A stretch of DNA of 44,811 bases from Candidatus Methanomethylicia archaeon (GCA_938030905.1 CALHIW010000001.1:1-44811), one strand, 5' to 3'. Shown: positions 10,998 to 19,774, numbered from the stretch's first letter. Made by a program: numbers and translations. The notes: generated by a model from the sequence alone, not told the origin.

Positions 10998-11124
10998 ATC
11001 AAGGAGTAAGAAATCTAAATCTATTCCTAAGCCCCTTTATGCTATGCTACCAAACTCTTAGAGGGCAAGGAGGTGATGCCTATCCGGACACTATCCGCCT
11101 ACTCGATAGAAAACCTTAAATATT

Positions 11125-13521
11125 ATGCCTAAAATACCCATCATGGTGATGTATTTGGAGAAGAGACCAGTAAGGTTTTCACTTAAGTCTCTTGAGTCAG
11201 CTGGACTTTCAGCTAGAGATCTTGAGATTATTGTTGGAGGTATTGAGATCCCTGAGGTTTGGGAGCCTCTCGGCCCAACACCAATGCCTAAAATATTTAT
11301 GTTAAGATCGTGGGATTTTAAGCTTCTAAACAGGTATAAACCATTCTATATGCCCTTCTGCGATCAATGTTGTCTCTGTACCTATGGTAAATGTGACTTA
11401 ACCAGAGGTAAAAGAGGCTCATGCGGTATAGATATGCCTACACAGCAGGGTAGAATAGTAGTGTTGGCATGTGCTATAGGTACTTCTACCCATACATCCC
11501 ATGCTAGACATATGCTTGATAGACTTATTGAAAAGTTTGGTGCTGATACTCCTATTAATCTTGGATCTGATATTAATGTTGAAATGCCTAATACAAGACT
11601 TGTCGTAGGGATTAAGCCTAAAACTCTAGGAGATCTTTCCCATGTTTTAAGCTATGTTGAGGAGCAAATTGTCCAAACAATATCAACCACACATACAGGT
11701 CAGGAAGCAAGCTCTCTAGACTATGAATCTAAAGCTCTACATCTAGGTATGCTTGACCATGTCGCAATGGAGGTTGCAGATATAGCTCAAATAGTTGCAT
11801 TCAACTTTCCTAAAGGTGATCCAAACACTCCACTATCTGAGATAGGTATGGGTCTCATAGATGTTATTAAGCCAATGATTCTACTTATAGGACATAATGT
11901 TTCTGAAGGGGTGGAAATCATAGATTACATGAGGAGAAACAATTTAGGAAAACCAGGCGAAATATTGGAGGTTGCTGGTCTATGCTGTACAGCACATGAC
12001 ATTACAAGATATGAGAGCTCAGCTAAAATTATTGGACCCATATCACATCAAATAAGATTCATCCGTTCAGGAGCTGCAGATACACTAATAATTGATGAGC
12101 AATGCATTACCAATCTATCACTTATAGAGGCTCAAAAAGTTAAAACCCCATTCATAGCGGTATCTGATAAAGCTGCCTATGGACTACCTGATGTTAGTGA
12201 GTGGCCAGTTGAAAAGATAGTTTCCTCCCTAACAGTTGGCGGCTTAAGCGGTGTCTTCCTCCCAGATTTAGAGAAGGCAGCTGCAGTATCAGTACTAACA
12301 GCTCTACAGACTGCACCATTAAGACAGAAGTTTAAAGTTATACCTGACATTAAAGAGCTTAGCACCATAGCCTCTAAATGTACACATTGTGGTAGATGCC
12401 GTAGAAACTGTCCAATAGATCTACCTGTAGACGATGCAGTATATTCCTTAAGGCTTGGAGATTCAAGCAAGCTCGCCATGCTTCACGATCTCTGCCTCGG
12501 ATGTGGTAGATGTGAATGGGAATGCCCAAACCATACGCCTGTATTAAGCCTCATGATGAAGGCGGCTGAAGCCAAAATTAAAACTGAAAAATACAAGATA
12601 AGAGTTGGTAGAGGGCCAATACTTGATACTGAGATAAGAGAGGTTGGAAGCCCAATTGTACTAGGGGAAATACCTGGTGTTGTAGCTTTTGTTGGATGTG
12701 CAAACTATCCTGAAGGTGGATTAGAGGTAGCATTAATGGCTAGAGAATTTGCTAGGAGAAGATACATAGTAACAACTTCAGGATGTTCAGCTATGTCTAT
12801 AGCTATGTATAGAAATGAGGAGGGTTTAACACCATATGAGGAGTTTTCAGGAGTCTTCGAGGCAGGTGGGTTAGTAAATGTTGGTTCATGTGTTGCAAAT
12901 GCTCACATATCAGGTGCAGCTATAAAGATTGCAAACATATTTGCTAGAAGACCATTAAGAGGAAACTATGAGGAAATAGCTGACTACGTATTAAATAGAG
13001 TTGGAGCTGTAGGGGTTGCATGGGGGGCTTACTCACAGAAAGCAGCATCTATAGCTACAGGCTTCAATAGGCTTGGAGTACCTGTTATTCTAGGTCCTCA
13101 AGGATTAAAGTATAGGAGGATGTATCTTGGACGTTTTGAGGATAAGGAATCATTCACAGTCTACGATGCTAAAACAGGTAGAAGAGTTTGGATAGGTCCA
13201 GCACCTGAGCATCTAATAATATCTGTTGAAAACCGTAAGGAAGCTATGGTTATGATTGCTAAACTATGCCTAAGACCGAACGATACAACCAGGGGGAGGA
13301 TGATTAAGCTAACACATTACATAGACCTGTACAAGAAAATCTATGGAAAATTACCTGAGGATATACATCTACTTGTAAGATCTGAAGCAGACATCCCCAT
13401 AACGTTTAAAGATGAGGTTTTAAGCTACCTGGAGAAGGTTGGATGGAAGCCATGGGAATTACCATCAATAGACCCCTACTACTCAGAAAACGTATTCAAA
13501 AAGTATTATAGAGGTGGTTAA
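11125..13521 (+). CDS. cdhA: CODH/ACS complex alpha subunit (carbon monoxide dehydrogenase catalytic subunit)
   Basis: 798-aa ORF with the N-terminal Cys cluster region FCDQCCLCTYGKCDL...GKRGSCGID typical of archaeal CdhA and internal 2x[4Fe-4S] motifs CTHCGRCRRNCP and CLGCGRCEWECP. It is the first gene of a cdhABCDE operon. A downstream Met (11143 or 11149) may be the true start. Confidence 0.95.
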   Translation: MPKIPIMVMYLEKRPVRFSLKSLESAGLSARDLEIIVGGIEIPEVWEPLGPTPMPKIFMLRSWDFKLLNRYKPFYMPFCDQCCLCTYGKCDLTRGKRGSCGIDMPTQQGRIVVLACAIGTSTHTSHARHMLDRLIEKFGADTPINLGSDINVEMPNTRLVVGIKPKTLGDLSHVLSYVEEQIVQTISTTHTGQEASSLDYESKALHLGMLDHVAMEVADIAQIVAFNFPKGDPNTPLSEIGMGLIDVIKPMILLIGHNVSEGVEIIDYMRRNNLGKPGEILEVAGLCCTAHDITRYESSAKIIGPISHQIRFIRSGAADTLIIDEQCITNLSLIEAQKVKTPFIAVSDKAAYGLPDVSEWPVEKIVSSLTVGGLSGVFLPDLEKAAAVSVLTALQTAPLRQKFKVIPDIKELSTIASKCTHCGRCRRNCPIDLPVDDAVYSLRLGDSSKLAMLHDLCLGCGRCEWECPNHTPVLSLMMKAAEAKIKTEKYKIRVGRGPILDTEIREVGSPIVLGEIPGVVAFVGCANYPEGGLEVALMAREFARRRYIVTTSGCSAMSIAMYRNEEGLTPYEEFSGVFEAGGLVNVGSCVANAHISGAAIKIANIFARRPLRGNYEEIADYVLNRVGAVGVAWGAYSQKAASIATGFNRLGVPVILGPQGLKYRRMYLGRFEDKESFTVYDAKTGRRVWIGPAPEHLIISVENRKEAMVMIAKLCLRPNDTTRGRMIKLTHYIDLYKKIYGKLPEDIHLLVRSEADIPITFKDEVLSYLEKVGWKPWELPSIDPYYSENVFKKYYRGG

Positions 13522-14055
13522 ATGGCTGTAACACCGTGGCAGCTTGGCAATATATTTGGTCCCAGAGTAGCCATCCAAGTTAAAGGTGATGCTGCAGGTA
13601 GAATGATAAAAGCTGCTAAACACCCCCTCCTAATATCTGGAGGAAACGCTTTGAAGGAAATGGTTGGAGATAAGCCGTACATAGAATTCATAGTGGAGCT
13701 ATTAAAAGCTAGAAGTATGCCGTTTATTGCTACTGGAGCAACCTACAAGGACTTTGTTGATAGGGGATTAAACCCAATTAAAATCATGAATGCTGTTGAA
13801 GTTGTTGATAGGCTTAGAGATTCAGAGTGGAGTATTGATGGTAAGGATCCACATGACCTAGTAGTATTTGCAGGACTATCATACCAATACCTATCTCAAC
13901 TCCTCTCATGCATAAAACACTTTGCAACCCATCTGAAAACAATATGTCTAGATAGATACTATCATCCAAATGCGGATCTATCATTTCCAAACCTAACAGA
14001 AGAGCAATGGATAGAAAACCTTAAGTTACTCCTGGATAACGTAAAGTCAAGGTGA
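13522..14055 (+). CDS. cdhB: CODH/ACS complex epsilon subunit
   Basis: 177-aa ORF that starts immediately after the cdhA stop, with GAGGTGG upstream. Its size and position match CdhB. Confidence 0.85.
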   Translation: MAVTPWQLGNIFGPRVAIQVKGDAAGRMIKAAKHPLLISGGNALKEMVGDKPYIEFIVELLKARSMPFIATGATYKDFVDRGLNPIKIMNAVEVVDRLRDSEWSIDGKDPHDLVVFAGLSYQYLSQLLSCIKHFATHLKTICLDRYYHPNADLSFPNLTEEQWIENLKLLLDNVKSR

Positions 14056-14060
14056 CTTGA

Positions 14061-15503
14061 TTGTCAAGCTTTGAAGAGTTCCCTGTTGAAATAAGTCCAG
14101 CGTTTGAGGGTCAAAGAGTAAGAAAGGAGGATATGTATGTAGAGTTTGGAGGGCCAAACGTAACTAAGAAATTTGAGCTTGTAAGAGTAAAATCTCTTGA
14201 GGAGGTTGAAGACGGCTTAGTAAGAATTATTGGTCCAGATATGTTAGAACTTAAGGAGGGATCATCAAACCCACTAGGAATACTAATAGATGTTGCAGGC
14301 TTAAAAATTGATAAAGATCTTGAAGGAGTAATTGAGAGAAGAATACATATGTATACAAACTATATTGAAGGAATAATGCATCTAAACCAGAGATACGATA
14401 TATGGTGTAGAATATCGAAAAAATCATTTAAGAAGGGGCTTACCTCACTTAAATGGTGGGGTCTCGGACTCATAAGGCTATTCAAGGCTGAAATGCCCTA
14501 CATAGAGAAAATGCAAGTCACATTCATAACAGATCCTGTAGAAGTAGGGAAAATGTTTGAGGAAGCTATAAGAATATATAGTGAGAGAGATGCAAGAGCA
14601 AGAGGGCTAAGAGATGAAGAAGTAGAACTATTCTATGGATGTGTACTATGCCAATCATTTGCCCCAACACATGTATGCATAATATCACCTGAAAGAATAA
14701 GCCTATGTGGAGCACTAACGTGGTTTGATGCTAGAGCAGCAGCAAACATAGATCCTAAAGGACCAAACTTCCCAATACCGAAGGGGGAACCTCTAGACCC
14801 AGTAAAGGGTGAATGGAGTGGTATAAATGAAGTAGTACAGAAAAAATCCCTAGGAACAATAAAAAGAGTTTACCTACATAGCGCTTTCGAATATCCACAT
14901 ACATCATGTGGATGCTTTGAATGTATAATGTTCTACATACCTGAAGTTGATGGATTTGGAATTGTAGATAGAGGATTCAGGGGAGGAGCAGTAAACGGAC
15001 TATCATTCTCAACAATGGCATCACAAACAGGAGGTGGAATGCAGAGTGAGGGGTTCTTAGGAATAGGAATAGAATATATGAGGTCAAGAAAATTCATACA
15101 GGCAGATGGTGGATGGAAAAGAATAGCATGGATATCAAGTACATTGAGGGAAAGAGTTGAAGATGCAATACCCCAAGAACTAAAAGATAAAATACCAACT
15201 GAAAACGAAGCTAAAAACATAGAAGAACTAAAAAAGTATTTAATCCAACACAAACACCCACTAGCAGGAAAAATAATAGAGGAGAAACCAGAAGCTCCAC
15301 CAACACCACAACCAATACCACAAACACCACAACCAATACCACAACCAATACCACAAACACCTGTAGTAATACCTCAAATAGCATCATCACAAATCCCGCC
15401 ATCCATACCGACAGCAGCTGGAGGTATAAGAATAGTATTACAGGGAGCTAGGATTAAGATAGGTAAACTCATTATTAAGAGAGCTGAAGGCGTAAAACAA
15501 TGA
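14061..15503 (+). CDS. cdhC: CODH/ACS complex beta subunit (acetyl-CoA synthase, A-cluster)
   Basis: 480-aa ORF with a TTG start. It has the N-terminus FPVEISPAFEGQRVRKEDMYVEFGGP, the motifs CQSFAPTHVC and HTSCGCFEC and a C-terminal GGIRIVLQGARIKIGKLIIKR segment, all matching archaeal CdhC as I recall it from Methanosarcina. Confidence 0.95.
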   Translation: MSSFEEFPVEISPAFEGQRVRKEDMYVEFGGPNVTKKFELVRVKSLEEVEDGLVRIIGPDMLELKEGSSNPLGILIDVAGLKIDKDLEGVIERRIHMYTNYIEGIMHLNQRYDIWCRISKKSFKKGLTSLKWWGLGLIRLFKAEMPYIEKMQVTFITDPVEVGKMFEEAIRIYSERDARARGLRDEEVELFYGCVLCQSFAPTHVCIISPERISLCGALTWFDARAAANIDPKGPNFPIPKGEPLDPVKGEWSGINEVVQKKSLGTIKRVYLHSAFEYPHTSCGCFECIMFYIPEVDGFGIVDRGFRGGAVNGLSFSTMASQTGGGMQSEGFLGIGIEYMRSRKFIQADGGWKRIAWISSTLRERVEDAIPQELKDKIPTENEAKNIEELKKYLIQHKHPLAGKIIEEKPEAPPTPQPIPQTPQPIPQPIPQTPVVIPQIASSQIPPSIPTAAGGIRIVLQGARIKIGKLIIKRAEGVKQ

Positions 15504-15634
15504 GTAGAGAAGTAGTGAGTAAGGAGGAAGTAGACCTCTCAAAACTACTGCAAAAACTACTACAGGAAAACATTGAACTTGAACTCAGTAATGTAGAAAT
15601 CAAAGCTGAGAAACTTATCATAAAGAGGATGTAG
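15500..15634 (+). CDS. 44-codon chimeric micro-ORF at the cdhC/cdhD junction (duplication product; expression unknown)
   Basis: The ATG overlaps the cdhC stop (ATGA at 15500-15503) and the stop TAG lies 1 nt before the cdhD ATG. The translation is MSREVVSKEEVDLSKLLQKLLQENIELELSNVEIKAEKLIIKRM. The ORF is too short for the ORF track, so I translated it by hand. Confidence 0.35.
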   Translation: MSREVVSKEEVDLSKLLQKLLQENIELELSNVEIKAEKLIIKRM

Positions 15635-15635
15635 C

Positions 15636-16931
15636 ATGAGTAGGGATGAGGAGGAGGGTAGGAAAACAGTATTCGACCTCCTAAAAACAATTTCAGAATC
15701 AAAAGAGCTTGAACTTGAAGATGTAGTTATAGATGCTGAAGAATTAACTCTCGAATTATCCACAACCCCAACAGGAAAACCAGAATATCTAAGACTTACA
15801 CTAGAGCCACTAACACCAGGAGCACAGAAATTAGAGTTTCTACTTGAAGCAACACCATATGGAGTAAGACTAGCAGCTCCAACTATACCACCAGCAGTAC
15901 CGGTAGAAAAACCTAAAGAATTCATAGAGCTGAAATTTGAATATCCAATAGTAGAATATCCTGGAAAAATAGCTGAAGTAGTAATAGGAGCAACAAAGGA
16001 GTTGGGAGGGTCAAGAGGTAAAACTATTAAGATAGGTGGTGATACATCCCCTCCATTCTATCTATTTGAATCAAAACCAGTAAATAGACCAGTAGCAGCG
16101 CTGGATGTCTTCGACACCCCACCACCACTAGCAGGACCAGTAAAAAAGGCATACCAAGACGTACTACAAGACCCAGCTGAGTGGGCTAAAAAATGCATAA
16201 ATACGTATAATGCAGACCTAGTATCACTCCATCTAGTAAGTACAGATCCATTAGGTGAGAATAAGCCGGTAAGGGAAGCATTAAAAACAGTTGAAAACGT
16301 TCTGCAAGCAGTAGACGTACCAGTAATAATAGGAGGATCAGGTAATCCACAGAAAGATACAGAGCTATTCATATATGCCTCAGAAGTATTTGCAGGGGAA
16401 AGACTAGTAATGGCCTCAATAACACTAGACATGGATATACCAAAAGTAGTAGAATCGATAGGAAAGCATGGACATAATGCTATAGCACTAGCATTCATGG
16501 ATATAAATCAGGCAAAAGAACTTTCAAGGAAAATACTTGATGCAGGACTACCGAAAAACCACTTAATACTAGACCCAACAACGGGAGCATTAGGATACGG
16601 AATAGAGTATACGTATAGCGTAATGGAGAGGATAAGACTATCAGCATTGATGGGGGAAGAAACACTTCAAGTACCTCTAAGCTGCGCAGCAACAAATGCG
16701 TGGGCTGCAAGAGAAGCATGGATGAAAATAGAGGAATGGGGGCCAAGAGAGTTAAGAGGACCACTATATGAAGCAACAACAGCACTGGTAGGACTACTAA
16801 CAGGAGCAAACCTATTTATGATGATGCATCCACTAGCAATGAAAATAGTAAAAGCATTTGCAGAAGCAATGATAGAGAAAGAGAAGAGGGAGGTAAAACC
16901 ATACATAAACTGGATAAGAACAAAATTCTAG
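15636..16931 (+). CDS. cdhD: CODH/ACS complex delta subunit (corrinoid Fe-S protein small subunit homolog)
   Basis: 431-aa ORF with the motifs HLVSTDP, IGGSGNPQKD, LDPTTGALGYG and LFMMMHP, matching archaeal CdhD as recalled. Confidence 0.9.
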   Translation: MSRDEEEGRKTVFDLLKTISESKELELEDVVIDAEELTLELSTTPTGKPEYLRLTLEPLTPGAQKLEFLLEATPYGVRLAAPTIPPAVPVEKPKEFIELKFEYPIVEYPGKIAEVVIGATKELGGSRGKTIKIGGDTSPPFYLFESKPVNRPVAALDVFDTPPPLAGPVKKAYQDVLQDPAEWAKKCINTYNADLVSLHLVSTDPLGENKPVREALKTVENVLQAVDVPVIIGGSGNPQKDTELFIYASEVFAGERLVMASITLDMDIPKVVESIGKHGHNAIALAFMDINQAKELSRKILDAGLPKNHLILDPTTGALGYGIEYTYSVMERIRLSALMGEETLQVPLSCAATNAWAAREAWMKIEEWGPRELRGPLYEATTALVGLLTGANLFMMMHPLAMKIVKAFAEAMIEKEKREVKPYINWIRTKF

Positions 16932-16940
16932 GCTGGTAAA

Positions 16941-18377
16941 ATGCCGAAAATTCTAAGACCACTAGACGTATACAAACACCTACCAGGAATAAACTGTGGA
17001 AAATGTGGAGAATCCAGCTGCATGGTGTTCGCATCAAAACTCATAGAGAGAAAAGCAACACCACAGCAATGTACACCACTGTATGAGGAGCCAAAATACA
17101 GGGAAAAACTACAAAAACTACTAGAAACAATAAGACCACCAGTAAAAGAAGTATGGATAGGAATAGAACCAAACATTCTAAAAATAGGAGGTAAAGAAGT
17201 TTTATATAGGCATGAACTAACATGGAGAAACCAAACAGCAATAATAATAGACATTCATGACGAAATGCCACCACAAGAAATAAAGAAAAGAGTAGAATTT
17301 GTAGACAACTTCAAATTCATAAGGATAGGGAAAGAACTAACGCTAGATGGAATAGCAATAAGATGTGTATCAGAAAACCCAGAGAAATATGCAAAAACAA
17401 TAGCAGAAATAATGGAAATAACAAACAAACCAATAATACTATGCTCTCTAGATCCAAGCATCTTAGAAGAAGCACTAATAATAGCAAACAAACGTAAACC
17501 ACTAATATACACAGCAACAAAACAAAACTGGAAAGAAGTAGGAGAACTAGCATCAAAATATAAATGTCCAACAGCAATAACAGCAGAAGATCCATCAACT
17601 CTAAAATCATTATCAGCTACTCTAAACAAAAACTACAATATAGACAACATAGTTCTAGACCCACAAATAAGAATAGGGAATATAGCAGAAACACTAAGCA
17701 CAATTACAGCAATAAGAAGAGCAGCAATAGAAAAAGAGGAAGGGGAACTAGGATATCCAATAATGACAGCACCAGCAGCAATATGGAGCATAGAAGAGGG
17801 GGATGAAAACGACAAAAAAATGCTGGAGTCAGTCGTAGCATCAAACCTCATATCAAGATTTGTAGATCTAATCATACTCCACACAATAGACACATGGACT
17901 CTAATACCAATAATAGTATGGAGAGACTGTATATATACGGATCCAAGATTTCCACCAGGGGTAAAACCAGGCCTATACGAAATAGGGAAACCAAATGAAT
18001 ACTCACCAGTACTCTCAACAGGAAACTTTGCACTTACCTACTACCTAGTTCGCGATGATATTGAAAAGGCGGGAATAAATGCGTATCTAGTAATCGTAGA
18101 TACCGAGGCTACAAGTCTGCAATCATCGGTAGCCGGTAGAAAATATACTTCAGATAAGGTTATTGAGGCAATTAAGGAGACAAAGGTTGGTGATAAGGTT
18201 AAGACTAAGGCTCTTATCATACCCGGCTATGCAGCTAGGCTTGCAGGAGAGATAGAGGATGCATTAATGGGGGATGGATGGACTATTTTCGTGGGGCCTA
18301 GAGATAGTGGTGAGATGGGTGCTTTCTATGAGAAGGTCTTTAAACCATGGTTAGAGGAAAAGCTAATAGCTAAATAA
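16941..18377 (+). CDS. cdhE: CODH/ACS complex gamma subunit (corrinoid Fe-S protein large subunit homolog)
   Basis: 478-aa ORF with the N-terminal [4Fe-4S] motif CGKCGESSCMVFASKL...C and a CFeSP large-subunit-sized body. It is the last gene of the operon. Confidence 0.9.
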   Translation: MPKILRPLDVYKHLPGINCGKCGESSCMVFASKLIERKATPQQCTPLYEEPKYREKLQKLLETIRPPVKEVWIGIEPNILKIGGKEVLYRHELTWRNQTAIIIDIHDEMPPQEIKKRVEFVDNFKFIRIGKELTLDGIAIRCVSENPEKYAKTIAEIMEITNKPIILCSLDPSILEEALIIANKRKPLIYTATKQNWKEVGELASKYKCPTAITAEDPSTLKSLSATLNKNYNIDNIVLDPQIRIGNIAETLSTITAIRRAAIEKEEGELGYPIMTAPAAIWSIEEGDENDKKMLESVVASNLISRFVDLIILHTIDTWTLIPIIVWRDCIYTDPRFPPGVKPGLYEIGKPNEYSPVLSTGNFALTYYLVRDDIEKAGINAYLVIVDTEATSLQSSVAGRKYTSDKVIEAIKETKVGDKVKTKALIIPGYAARLAGEIEDALMGDGWTIFVGPRDSGEMGAFYEKVFKPWLEEKLIAK

Positions 18378-19543
18378 AAGATGTAGTTTCTTTAAAATAA
18401 GCTATGTCTTATAAAGGATTAGTTTACTAATTCTCTCTATTTCTAGTTATATCTCATCCAGTCTTGTTATTGCGGTCTTACTGTTTAAGGAATTGTTTAA
18501 AGTGTTTTTCCTACATATACTTAATTGCCGAGGTGGAGGAGAGCAAATATAGTCTAAAAACGGACCGCCTACTACATGCTATGAGTTACAAATTACAACT
18601 ATGTAGTTTCTATAGTTTTCTGATAAAGGCTTCTATTTTTACCATTGCTAAGGGGTTAAGAACTAAACTCGACTTATTCGTAAGAAAGCTTCAGGCACAA
18701 TGGCTAGAGACATGCTATAGAGGTCTCTGTTACTACCCACCAGAATTGCCTTAGACTTGTTTAAGTCATCTTGTACCTCACCCCCAAGATTAATAAGTTC
18801 TAGCTTTGTTCAATAGTAGTCTTAAGTTTCCCATCCTTGACACTGTCCAGTTTAAAGCTTGTTGTCATGTTACCATATATGAAATAATCAGTGAAGGTTA
18901 TGGATTTTGAGTCTAGCCAATTAAACCGTAAGCATAAGTAATTATTCTCATGCTTTTAACATAATTGGATATTAAACATGAAGAATTAAAGGATAGTTAA
19001 AACTTGGATTAGTGATGCTTTAGCTGAAAAGTAAATATGCTTCATCTTTCACTTTCTTTATACAGTTCTCAGTATCTACTATGTCTTCTCTATGGTAGCC
19101 TTCAAGTATACATCAGTCCTGCATGCTTCATTATGATAGGGAACATATTGGCTAGCTATCTATGAAGTTCATAAGCTATATACCCCATTTCTGCTTGTGC
19201 ATCAGCACATTCCTTAAGTGGTAGGAAGTTAAATACAGCTTCTCTAAGATTCATCTGTACTGAAATTCTTATTGTAGATGCATTTACTGAGAAATATCTT
19301 GTATTCTCCATTCTACACCTTCATCTATTAGTTGAAAATAGCTCTTATGCATATACTCCATAACTCTATGGTTTAAGCCCTTAGGTAATATATATCTAGA
19401 AATCTTTACTCTACGTCGACTCTCCTACCAGTAGCTTGCAATTCTATGTCTAACAAGTTGGTGACTACATACCCTTAAGCATAATACAAGAAAACATACA
19501 CAAGTAAACTCAAGAACACTCCAGTGACCACGTTTAAGAAAGC

Positions 19544-19774
19544 TTAAAACCCCTCCCCAACTAGTTTCTCATCAACTTTACTTAAAGCGCTCTTAATATT
19601 ATATCCATGATATAGAACATCAGTTAATGCAGCTATTATCTTTTCACCACCCAACATATACATAAGTTCAACTGACGGCTTAATAAAAATCCATACTTTA
19701 AGGTTAGTAGCTCTAAAAATAAATGTTACTAGCCTCATGGAGACTGCTAAACTTAGTATATAGTCTCCACTCAA
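19544..19774 (-). CDS. Hypothetical 76-aa ORF, possibly a gene remnant
   Basis: This is the only ORF in a gap of about 1.5 kb, and it has no recognisable motif. Confidence 0.25.
   Translation of the reverse strand: MSGDYILSLAVSMRLVTFIFRATNLKVWIFIKPSVELMYMLGGEKIIAALTDVLYHGYNIKSALSKVDEKLVGEGF

Noticed and set aside
9855-11119. ORFs 9855-10061, 10365-10547, 10704-10895 and 10841-11119 between the TauE gene and cdhA
   Set aside because: They lie inside the two foldback repeat copies and are low-complexity (Pro/Thr/Asn-rich or hydrophobic). Homologous DNA blocks of copies A and E fall in different reading frames, so protein coding is not conserved.
14933-17893. A cluster of minus-strand ORFs antisense to cdhC/D/E (for example 15211-15402, 15560-15925, 16058-16498, 16495-16809, 17255-17629, 17317-17610 and 17633-17893), plus plus-strand 17564-17806
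   Set aside because: They overlap strongly supported cdh genes. They are Leu/Val/Ser-rich or low-complexity, and they arise because the A-rich sense strand lacks the triplets that become antisense stops. They are a by-product of the codon-usage tract, not genes.
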